From Lachnospiraceae bacterium (GTDB taxonomy: Bacteria; Bacillota; Clostridia; Lachnospirales; Lachnospiraceae): 64,000 nt of DNA. Under the pieces are notes generated by a model. That model searched no databases, was not told where the DNA came from, and saw nothing but the letters and a program-made list of their open reading frames with translations. Location of the stretch: the NCBI GenBank assembly GCA_017472325.1, contig JAFUQM010000058.1, positions 6,003-70,002 of the forward strand, written 5' to 3'. Below are positions 20,130 through 27,683 of the stretch, in pieces (position 1 is the first letter of the stretch; every line of letters begins with the position of its first letter). The translations under genes were made by a program, and so were the position numbers.

Positions 20130-20204
20130 ACAGTGTAATGTACTTGGGTGACAGGAAGAAATGTCAGTGAAATAACATATACACAGTAAAATAAGGGAGT
20201 TGGC

Positions 20205-20819
20205 ATGAGACAGGCATATGAGCAGTATAGTGATGAAGAATTGATTGTACGCCTTCGTGACGGCGAGACAAATATCATGGATTTTATTATGAATAAGTAT
20301 AAAAATCTTGTACGCAGCAAGGCAAAATCTATGTATATTCTTGGGGCAGACAGAGAAGATTTGATTCAAGAAGGCATGGTCGGACTGTTTAAGGCGGTTA
20401 GAGATTATGACAGTGGCAGAGATGCAAGCTTTTATACATTTGCAGAGCTTTGTATATCGAGACAGATGTACACAGCCGTACAGGCATCCGGCAGACAGAA
20501 GCATATGCCGCTTAATTCCTATATATCGCTTTATGCCAGTACGGCAGAGCAAGGCGAGGAAGCCGAAACTGAGCTTGTGAATGTCCTGTCTGATGTAGCA
20601 GACAGAAACCCGGAGGAGCTTCTCATTGATAAAGAGAATCTGGAGCTGCTTGAGAAGATGATTGATAAGGAACTTAGTAGCTTTGAAAAGCAGGTGCTGG
20701 ATTTGTATGTGACAGGCATGAGTTATACGCAGATTGCAAAGGTGCTTGGGAGAGACGATAAATCAACGGATAACGCATTGCAGAGGATTAAGAATAAGCT
20801 ACGGAAAGTAATTCGTTGA
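20205..20819 (+). CDS. sigH: RNA polymerase sigma factor SigH
   Basis: Strong colinearity with B. subtilis SigH (GADREDLIQEGMVGLFKAVRDY...FAELCISRQ...RQKHMPLNSY...DNALQRIKNKL). Confidence 0.85.
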   Translation: MRQAYEQYSDEELIVRLRDGETNIMDFIMNKYKNLVRSKAKSMYILGADREDLIQEGMVGLFKAVRDYDSGRDASFYTFAELCISRQMYTAVQASGRQKHMPLNSYISLYASTAEQGEEAETELVNVLSDVADRNPEELLIDKENLELLEKMIDKELSSFEKQVLDLYVTGMSYTQIAKVLGRDDKSTDNALQRIKNKLRKVIR

Positions 20820-20880
20820 CAAATAGATGACTGGATGATACAATATCTTTCGATATCTGTTCTATTTCAGAGCAAAATCA

Positions 20881-20953
20881 GCTGATATGGCACAGTCGGT
20901 AGCGCACCTCATTGGTAGTGAGGAGGTCACGGGTTCGATTCCCGTTATCAGCT
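20881..20953 (+). tRNA. tRNA-Thr (anticodon GGT)
   Basis: A cloverleaf folds by hand: acceptor GCTGATA/TATCAGC, D-arm GCACAGTCGGTAGCGC, anticodon stem CCTCA/TGAGG with loop TTGGTAG, and T-arm CGGGTTCGATTCCCG. Confidence 0.85.
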
Positions 20954-20955
20954 TT

Positions 20956-20990
20956 AAAAGCGGAAATCTTTTATAGGATTTCCGCTTTTG
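20956..20990 (+). terminator. Rho-independent terminator after tRNA-Thr
   Basis: AAAAGCGGAAATC / GATTTCCGCTTTTG hairpin with a T-tract. Confidence 0.75.
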
Positions 20991-21032
20991 TTACAATTGG
21001 TTTATGGATAGAATGAAAGGGTGAACGTCGGC

Positions 21033-21911
21033 ATGAAAAAGGTCGGTATTGTAACAGATAGCCACAGTGGAATTGGGCAGCAGGAAGCGAAGGAAATGGG
21101 CATTATGGTACTCCCGATGCCATTTTATTTTGAAGAGGAATGCCTGTATGAAGATATTTCAATTACAAGAGAAGCTTTTTTTGAAAAGTTAAATTCTGGC
21201 ATTGAAGTGACAACATCCCAGCCTGCTCCAGCAGAGGTAATGGGATTATGGGATAAAGCACTAGAAATTTATGATGAAATTCTTTATATACCAATTAGCA
21301 GTGGCTTGAGTGGTTCCTGTTCAACATCATATGCAATTTCTAAAGAACCAAAATATGATGGTAGAGTATATGTTGTAGATGCGGGCAGAGTATCAACACT
21401 GTTGCATTGCGCGATTCTGGATGCGCTTAGATTGATAGAGGAAGGACATTCGGCAGCAGCAATCAGAGATGCTTTAGAAAATGCCAGAGATAAGATGTCA
21501 ATCTACATTGGCGTAGAGACCTTAGAATTTCTCAAACGAGGTGGAAGGATTACACCTACCGTAGCAACCATTGGTACTGTTTTAAATATCAAACCAGTAT
21601 TAAAGTTGGATGTTGGAACACTCGATGCTTATAAAAATTGCCGTGGTTTTTCTAAGGCGAAAAAAGTCATGATTGAGGCAATGAAGTATGAATTAGAAAC
21701 ACAATATAAAGGCTGGTATCAGAGTAAGGATATGTACCTTTTGGCAGCTTCTAGTGCTTCGGAAGAAGAAACGAAGCAATGGATAGCAGATATTGAAGAA
21801 GCTTTCCCAGGATTTCAGGTAATGTGTGATAACCTTTCGCTTGGAGTGTGTTGCCATACAGGACAAGGTGCATTAGGAATTGGATTCTCAAGTAAAATCA
21901 GAATAGAATAA
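21033..21911 (+). CDS. DegV-family fatty-acid-binding protein
   Basis: MKKVGIVTDS start, TSQP motif and FLKRGGRI block, all typical of DegV. The ATG at 21033 is preferred over the GTG at 21021. Confidence 0.85.
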   Translation: MKKVGIVTDSHSGIGQQEAKEMGIMVLPMPFYFEEECLYEDISITREAFFEKLNSGIEVTTSQPAPAEVMGLWDKALEIYDEILYIPISSGLSGSCSTSYAISKEPKYDGRVYVVDAGRVSTLLHCAILDALRLIEEGHSAAAIRDALENARDKMSIYIGVETLEFLKRGGRITPTVATIGTVLNIKPVLKLDVGTLDAYKNCRGFSKAKKVMIEAMKYELETQYKGWYQSKDMYLLAASSASEEETKQWIADIEEAFPGFQVMCDNLSLGVCCHTGQGALGIGFSSKIRIE

Positions 21912-21924
21912 TATAAACAAAATG

Positions 21925-21965
21925 GAAGCTGTTGCATATCAAAAGTGTGCGCAGCTTCTTTTTTT
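21925..21965 (+). terminator. Terminator of degV (outer end of the left palindrome arm)
   Basis: GAAGCTG-N20-CAGCTTC hairpin followed by TTTTTTT. Confidence 0.65.
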
Positions 21966-22320
21966 GTAGGATACTATTTTTATCTGCAAATGGTTACTAT
22001 GTGCCTGTTTCTTGGCATTTACTTTTTTAGAAGGCTACTCATCAGAAAAATGTAAGGATTTCTAAGCACCTGATTTTGATGGTTTTTATTACAACCGTCT
22101 CGCAAAACTCATCTTACAGAAAACGCCAAATATAGGTTATCGGAGCGCCATGCATATACTGTCATTTTCTGTAAGACTCAAACAGTGCTTCGACGGTTGC
22201 ATACAATCAAAATCAAGTGCTAAGAAATACTAACATTTTCCTGAAAGGAGTAGCCTTCTGAAAAAATAAACACCCAGAAACAGGCGCATAGCAACTCTTT
22301 TCAGATAAAAATAGTAGCAT

Positions 22321-22361
22321 ACAAAAAGAAGCTGCGCACACTTTTGATATGCAACAGCTTC
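22321..22361 (-). terminator. Terminator of the PBP gene (outer end of the right palindrome arm)
   Basis: The same GAAGCTG..CAGCTTC hairpin read on the minus strand, followed by a T-tract (complement of ACAAAAA). Confidence 0.6.
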
Positions 22362-22407
22362 ATTTGTTTTATAAAAACTATGGGTTGTGTGTATTGTTTC
22401 AGGCATG

Positions 22408-25137
22408 CTATTGGGTGGTTGTACCTGTTGCCGCCTGCTGTGCAGCAAGAGCCTCTGCCTGTTGTTGTGCAAGTATTGCAGCATTTGTCATCTCCAGTTT
22501 TTGTTGTTCCAGTATAGCATCAATATTTGGTTGTGCCATAAAAAGCAGATTGTGTGGACACTTCTGGGTTGTTGTTGAGGTTGTTGCCAGAGGGTCTCCG
22601 CCAACTTGGAGAGGATCTGTTGTTGTATTTGTCAAAGTCATGGAACCGCTTTGCAGTGATGCTGGTTCTATAGGTGCAAGTTCCAGAATGCCTGCGGCTT
22701 TAAATGGACATGTATCCTCAGCCGGTAATAAAGAATACTGACATACCATGCCTTGATAGTGTACGTCACAGGTTTCTGTTGGATACGTATCCTCTGCAAA
22801 TAATTCTGTTCTGAGTGTCAAATCACAGATGCCAGCAATTGGAAGTTTTCCTGATTTGCTGCAGACAGTACCAGATACAAGACCGGCTGGGCGGTCAAAT
22901 GATTTATTTGGTAAATTTTCGTGAATCCGTGACATGACAGAACGCCATAAACTCTTGGAAAGAGCAAGTTCTGATTTATTCATAACAACATTATTATCAT
23001 ATCCAATCCATACTGCCGATGTGTAGTATGGGGTAAATCCTGCAAAGAGAGAGTCTTTGTTGTCTGAAGTAGTACCTGTTTTACCTGCTACAGACATATT
23101 TGCAAAGTTCGCAGCAGTACCTGTACCCTTTGTAACACAATCCACCATAGCATCAGTTAAAAGATATGCAGTTGTTTCTTTTAATACCTGACGAGCTTCT
23201 GGCTGGGTATTATCGAGGATAACATTGCCATCATGATCTACAACCTGTGTGTATAATTTAGGCTTAATGTAAGTTCCGTGATTGGCAATTGTTGCATATG
23301 CTGCAGTTAACTCCAGATTATAAACACCGTCCGTAATACCACCGAGCGCAGTTGCCTGTTGAATATCTGTGTAGAATTTACCATCACTGCGGTACTCACC
23401 AGCGACAAGCGTTGTAAATCCAAAATTAAGCAGATAATCAAAACCTAACTGTGGTGATATTTGTGTCAGCGTCTTTACTGTTACAATATTTAATGATTGC
23501 TCAATACCATAACGCAAAGAACAAAGTCCCCAGTACGGTCTTGCTGTGTGGCTGTACCAGTTGGATACTGGAGCACCATTTTCATAGTTAAATGGTGCGT
23601 CATTTTGCACAGATGCAAGCGTCATCCCAGCGCTGTCAAGCGCAGGAGCAAAAGTAGATAATATTTTAAATGTAGAACCAGGCTGACGTTTGGAATCAGT
23701 TGCACGGTTTAGGGTACGGCTTGCTTCTTTTGGACCACGACCACCAACCATAGCTACAATATGACCGGTACTTTGGTCTTCAATGGTAATCGCAACCTGC
23801 GGTTGTGGAGTCAGCGTGATTTTTTCTGCAAATACCTCATCACCATCACCAAGAACAGAGGCTTTGTATTCTTCAATGGCAGCATAAGCATCATCCTGTG
23901 AAGAGAAGATAAGGTTAAAACTTGCTTTTTGTGCTTTGAAATATGCCTTTAACATCTCGGTACTGAAGTTTTGGCGCTCACCAACACTATTTACAGTAGT
24001 TAGTTCATAATTGAGATACCATTTTACATCTTTTGGATAATTATCCTCATTCGAGAATACTTCATCGCATATTGCCTGAATTTCAGGGTCTTGTGTAGAG
24101 TAGATGCTGATACCACCTGTATAAAGAAGGTTGTATGCTTGTGTTTCGGTGTAACCAGCAACGTTAATCAAATCTTTATATACATCATCTATGACAGCAT
24201 CTACAAAATATGTATTAATAGATGCATTTTCTGTCTCTTGATTTACAATCTGGATTCTTTCATATACATTATCGGCGGTAGCTTCGTCATGTTCTTCCTG
24301 CGTAATATAACCCTGCTTTAACATATTTGAGAGAACTTTTTTGCGACGTTTGGCATTTTCTTCCGGATGTGAAATAGGATTATATCTGGAAGGGTTCTGC
24401 GTGATACCTGCGATTACAGCACACTCTGATAATGTCAGTTCATAAGCAGGTTTGTTAAAATAGCGAAGGGAAGCTGCCTGTACACCAAGCGTATTTTGCC
24501 CTAAGTTGATGGTGTTCAAATAGTTTTCAAGTATTTTATCTTTGGCAGTATCTGTTCCCATTTCCTCTGCCCATGTTTTTTCCAGTTTGATAGCAAGATA
24601 CTGTTCCTGAATCTTACGTTTGATTTTTTCAATGTCAGATTCTTCGTATACCCAGTCTTGGAAAACGTTGTTTTTCAGAAGCTGCTGTGTAATGGTACTG
24701 GCACCCTGGCCTAATTCTCCGTTTTTAATTGCTGACACACCAGCACGGATAATACCCTGAATGTCAATCCCATTATGTTCGTAAAAACGTTCGTCTTCAA
24801 TGGCAACAAATGCATGTGCAAGGTCTTCTGGTATCTGGGACATATTAACCGGAATGCGGTTAGAATTGGCAGCTACAATTTTAGCTGTCTGTTTTCCTTC
24901 GATATCATATACGAAAGAAGAAAAACCGGAAGGAGATACACTTTCTGGCAGGTCTGGTGCAGAACTGATAATTCCTTTAAATAAACCGATACCAGCACTC
25001 ATACCGATAATACCGACACCTAATATGCACAATAAAAATACTTTCAATGCTGAAAGTTTGGCTTTCTTTCCTAATTTTACTGCAGTGGAGTTTAATTCCT
25101 TTTGTCTGGTTTTGACTCCTTTTTTACCATAATTCAT
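22408..25137 (-). CDS. Class A penicillin-binding protein (glycosyltransferase plus transpeptidase) with a low-complexity T/Q/A tail
   Basis: N-terminal TM anchor. GT51 motifs (EDERFYEHNGID, GASTITQQL, RKIQE) and transpeptidase motifs STFK, SDN-like and KTGTT are present. RBS GGAGG. Confidence 0.9.
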   Translation of the reverse strand: MNYGKKGVKTRQKELNSTAVKLGKKAKLSALKVFLLCILGVGIIGMSAGIGLFKGIISSAPDLPESVSPSGFSSFVYDIEGKQTAKIVAANSNRIPVNMSQIPEDLAHAFVAIEDERFYEHNGIDIQGIIRAGVSAIKNGELGQGASTITQQLLKNNVFQDWVYEESDIEKIKRKIQEQYLAIKLEKTWAEEMGTDTAKDKILENYLNTINLGQNTLGVQAASLRYFNKPAYELTLSECAVIAGITQNPSRYNPISHPEENAKRRKKVLSNMLKQGYITQEEHDEATADNVYERIQIVNQETENASINTYFVDAVIDDVYKDLINVAGYTETQAYNLLYTGGISIYSTQDPEIQAICDEVFSNEDNYPKDVKWYLNYELTTVNSVGERQNFSTEMLKAYFKAQKASFNLIFSSQDDAYAAIEEYKASVLGDGDEVFAEKITLTPQPQVAITIEDQSTGHIVAMVGGRGPKEASRTLNRATDSKRQPGSTFKILSTFAPALDSAGMTLASVQNDAPFNYENGAPVSNWYSHTARPYWGLCSLRYGIEQSLNIVTVKTLTQISPQLGFDYLLNFGFTTLVAGEYRSDGKFYTDIQQATALGGITDGVYNLELTAAYATIANHGTYIKPKLYTQVVDHDGNVILDNTQPEARQVLKETTAYLLTDAMVDCVTKGTGTAANFANMSVAGKTGTTSDNKDSLFAGFTPYYTSAVWIGYDNNVVMNKSELALSKSLWRSVMSRIHENLPNKSFDRPAGLVSGTVCSKSGKLPIAGICDLTLRTELFAEDTYPTETCDVHYQGMVCQYSLLPAEDTCPFKAAGILELAPIEPASLQSGSMTLTNTTTDPLQVGGDPLATTSTTTQKCPHNLLFMAQPNIDAILEQQKLEMTNAAILAQQQAEALAAQQAATGTTTQ

Positions 25138-25314
25138 GATATTAGCCTCCTTTAGAAAATCGTAAAATTGGCACTACTTTTTATATTATAGCACAATCAT
25201 AAAAGGTAAATAAAGGTTTTTCTTATTTATTAAGAATTGTACACAATAATATACACTTTTATTCCGGGGTGTGTTATGATTCATTAGGGAAATATTTTAA
25301 AAGGAATTACAGCA

Positions 25315-25968
25315 ATGAGTGAAGAAAAACAGATATGCGAAACATATAAAATGCTTGAAGAGGGCGGACAGGGTGAGATAGAAGAAAAGAAGTCACGTTT
25401 TATTGCAACAGTGCGTCCTGTCAAGACGGAAGAAGAGGCAGCCGCCTTTATTGAAGAGATGAAGAAAAAATATTGGGATGCCAGACACAATTGTTCTGCC
25501 TATGTGATAGGAAGCAGGGCAGAGATGACCCGTTGCAGTGATGATGGTGAACCGAGTGGAACGGCGGGAAGACCAATGCTAGAGGTTTTGCTTGGGAGTG
25601 GAATCCGGGATGTTGCTGTTGTTGTGACAAGGTATTTTGGAGGAACATTGCTTGGAACAGGAGGACTTGTAAGAGCCTATACACAAGCGGTGCAGGCAGG
25701 TATTGCTGCGTGTGAAGTGGCAGTTATGACTTATGGAGCCTTACTTCGACTGCAGACGGATTATAATGGTATCGGCAAAATACAATATTTATGTGCGCAG
25801 CGTAATATACAGATAAAAAATAGTGAATATACGCAAGACGTTATTGTGGATGTACTTGTTACAGAAGAACAAAAGGATGCTTTCATAAAGGAGCTAACAG
25901 AAGCAACCAATGGAAGAATAAAAATAGATGAACTAGAGAAATTATATTTTAAGAAAAAAATATCATAA
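25315..25968 (+). CDS. yigZ: YigZ/IMPACT-family protein (UPF0029)
   Basis: Blocks EEKKSRFIATV, HNCSAYV, DDGEPSGTAG.PML and VVVTRYFGG.LLG.GGL. Confidence 0.8.
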   Translation: MSEEKQICETYKMLEEGGQGEIEEKKSRFIATVRPVKTEEEAAAFIEEMKKKYWDARHNCSAYVIGSRAEMTRCSDDGEPSGTAGRPMLEVLLGSGIRDVAVVVTRYFGGTLLGTGGLVRAYTQAVQAGIAACEVAVMTYGALLRLQTDYNGIGKIQYLCAQRNIQIKNSEYTQDVIVDVLVTEEQKDAFIKELTEATNGRIKIDELEKLYFKKKIS

Positions 25969-25992
25969 GATATAGAAAAAGATATTGCTTTC

Positions 25993-26021
25993 TTGACAAA
26001 GAAAAAACAGACGAGTATAGT
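25993..26021 (+). promoter_or_regulatory. Candidate sigma-A promoter upstream of the mgtE leader
   Basis: TTGACA (25993-25998), a 17-nt spacer and TATAGT (26016-26021). Confidence 0.55.
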
Positions 26022-26085
26022 GAAAAAAGAATTTGTTTCAGATTATGTTAACAAATAAAGCAATTTTCGAAAGGTGGTGGTTTTT

Positions 26086-26205
26086 ATGAAGAAGCATACA
26101 AAGCAGAATATGCACAAGGGTAGTACAATCGATAATCCACTTCCCGAGCCGGACATAAAAATCACATATAAAGGAGAATTGCTATGGAGGAAAGCAGAGT
26201 ATTAG
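26086..26205 (+). CDS. Candidate 39-aa upstream ORF (leader peptide?) overlapping the mgtE start
   Basis: The ATG lies 5 nt after AAAGGTGGTGG. Translation: MKKHTKQNMHKGSTIDNPLPEPDIKITYKGELLWRKAEY*. It reads across the mgtE SD and ATG (26184) in another frame. It is too short for the ORF track. Confidence 0.3.
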   Translation: MKKHTKQNMHKGSTIDNPLPEPDIKITYKGELLWRKAEY

Positions 26206-27536
26206 TAGAAGAAATTCAGGAGTTGCTCGATACAAAGCAGTATACTACACTGCGTCAGAAACTAAGTGAACTCAATGAGCCAGATATTGCTGCAGTTATG
26301 GATGAATTGAGTGAAGCAGAGATGTTAAAGGTATTCCGCATTCTGCCAAAGACAATGGCAGCAGACATTTTTGCTTATTTGGAAGTGGAAAACCAGCAGT
26401 TTATCATTACTTCGTTAGCGGATCGCGATGCGGCAAATATTATTAACAACCTGATGGCGGATGATGCAACTGATTTATTAGAAGAAATGCCTGCAAGCAT
26501 TGTAAAGAAGTTGTTAGCAAATGCAAGTCCAGAGACGCGAAGGGATATTAACCATTTGCTCCGGTATCCGGAAGACTCTGCCGGCAGTATTATGACGGTT
26601 GAGTTTGTTGATTTAAAAGAAAGTCTTACAGTAGCGGAAGCAATTGAACGAATCCGTAAAGTAGGACTTGATAGTGAGACAATTAATATATGTTATGTTC
26701 TCGATAGACAGCGTACATTGGTTGGTACAGTTGCGCTTAGATATTTGCTGGTAAGTGATAAGGATGCCATCATTGGTGATATTATGCATGAAAATGTCAT
26801 TGCAATCAATACCCTGATGGATCAGGAAGAGGTTGCAAGACAATTCCAGAAGTACGACTTTATTGCGATGCCTGTTGTTGATAATGAAAACAGATTGGTT
26901 GGTATTATCACGGTCGATGATATTGTGGATATTCTGCAGGAAGAGGCAACAGAAGATATTGAAAAGATGGCGGCTATTGTGCCATCTGATAAACCATATA
27001 TGCGTACAGGTGTGTTTGAAACGTGGAAAAAGAGAATTCCGTGGCTTTTATTGTTGATGGTTTCTGCTGCGTTTACAGGAAAAATCATTACAACTTTTGA
27101 GGATGCACTCAGCACATATGTAGTTCTGACTGCATTTATTCCAATGCTGATGGATACCGGCGGTAATGCTGGTGGGCAGGCAAGTGTAACGATAATCCGT
27201 GGACTTTCTTTAAATGAAATTGAATTTAGGGATATGCTTAGAATCATATGGAAAGAAACGAGAGTTGCATTCTTATGTGGAGTGACCCTGGCAGCTGCCA
27301 ATTTTGTAAAACTGATGGTATTGGACAGGGTAAGTCTCGCAGTTGCGGGCGTAGTGTGTCTCACACTTTTAGTTTCGGTTTGTATCGCAAAAATTGTAGG
27401 ATGTACATTGCCAATGTTTGCCAAGAAAATTGGCTTTGACCCAGCGGTTATGGCAAGTCCGTTTATTACAACGATTGTAGATGCGTTATCACTATTGATT
27501 TATTTTCAGATTGCGACATATATGTTAGGAATATAA
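26184..27536 (+). CDS. mgtE: Magnesium transporter MgtE
   Basis: MgtE N-domain, tandem CBS domains and a C-terminal 5-TM domain with PMLMDTGGNAGGQ. Confidence 0.92.
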   Translation: MEESRVLVEEIQELLDTKQYTTLRQKLSELNEPDIAAVMDELSEAEMLKVFRILPKTMAADIFAYLEVENQQFIITSLADRDAANIINNLMADDATDLLEEMPASIVKKLLANASPETRRDINHLLRYPEDSAGSIMTVEFVDLKESLTVAEAIERIRKVGLDSETINICYVLDRQRTLVGTVALRYLLVSDKDAIIGDIMHENVIAINTLMDQEEVARQFQKYDFIAMPVVDNENRLVGIITVDDIVDILQEEATEDIEKMAAIVPSDKPYMRTGVFETWKKRIPWLLLLMVSAAFTGKIITTFEDALSTYVVLTAFIPMLMDTGGNAGGQASVTIIRGLSLNEIEFRDMLRIIWKETRVAFLCGVTLAAANFVKLMVLDRVSLAVAGVVCLTLLVSVCIAKIVGCTLPMFAKKIGFDPAVMASPFITTIVDALSLLIYFQIATYMLGI

Positions 27537-27578
27537 AATGATAAATAGCATGATGCGAAATATGCTAGTATATAAAAG

Positions 27579-27654
27579 AACAGCGGCTTTGCTGCAGTCT
27601 TAGAACTCAAAGTTTTGAACTTTGGAGGTCTTAGCACTGAGCTATGCCGCTGTT
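27579..27654. terminator. Bidirectional structured terminator between mgtE and typA
   Basis: Outer stem AACAGCGGC/GCCGCTGTT encloses an inner hairpin CAAAGTT/AACTTTG. T-rich tracts lie on both sides. Confidence 0.5.
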
Positions 27655-27683
27655 TCGTTGTATAACATACAAGTGTAGATAGA

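Larger units (their letters stand above)
21915..22370. repeat. About 456 bp imperfect palindrome (two ~220 bp inverted arms) filling the degV/PBP convergent intergenic region
   Basis: I aligned the left arm by hand against the reverse complement of the right arm. The outer ~190 bp are roughly 85% identical with a few short indels. Inner matches CAACCGTC/GACGGTTG and CTTACAGAAAA/TTTTCTGTAAG continue the symmetry. The symmetry centre is near 22145. Confidence 0.85.

Noticed and set aside
22349-22741. 130-aa and 63-aa plus-strand ORFs lie opposite the 3' end of the PBP gene, and an 84-aa minus-strand ORF (22230..22484) lies inside the palindrome.
   Set aside because: They are Cys/Ala-rich antisense translations of the PBP low-complexity T/Q/A tail. 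The 84-aa ORF crosses the terminator hairpin and is not conserved between the two palindrome arms, because indels break the frame.
26022-26183. I expected an M-box (ykoK) Mg2+ riboswitch upstream of mgtE.
   Set aside because: I could not find the conserved M-box blocks in the leader by eye. A covariance-model scan is needed before calling it absent. The point is discussed under the uORF finding.
27583-27650. A tRNA-like string lies on the minus strand just after typA: GCGGCATAGCTCAGTGCTAAGAC..., with closing GCGGC/GCCGC pairing.
   Set aside because: It has a D-arm-like TAGCTCAGTG and an acceptor-like stem. It has no T-arm (no GTTCGAAT-type loop), the would-be anticodon loop is only 5 nt, and the total length is 68 nt. 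A composite bidirectional terminator is the simpler explanation.
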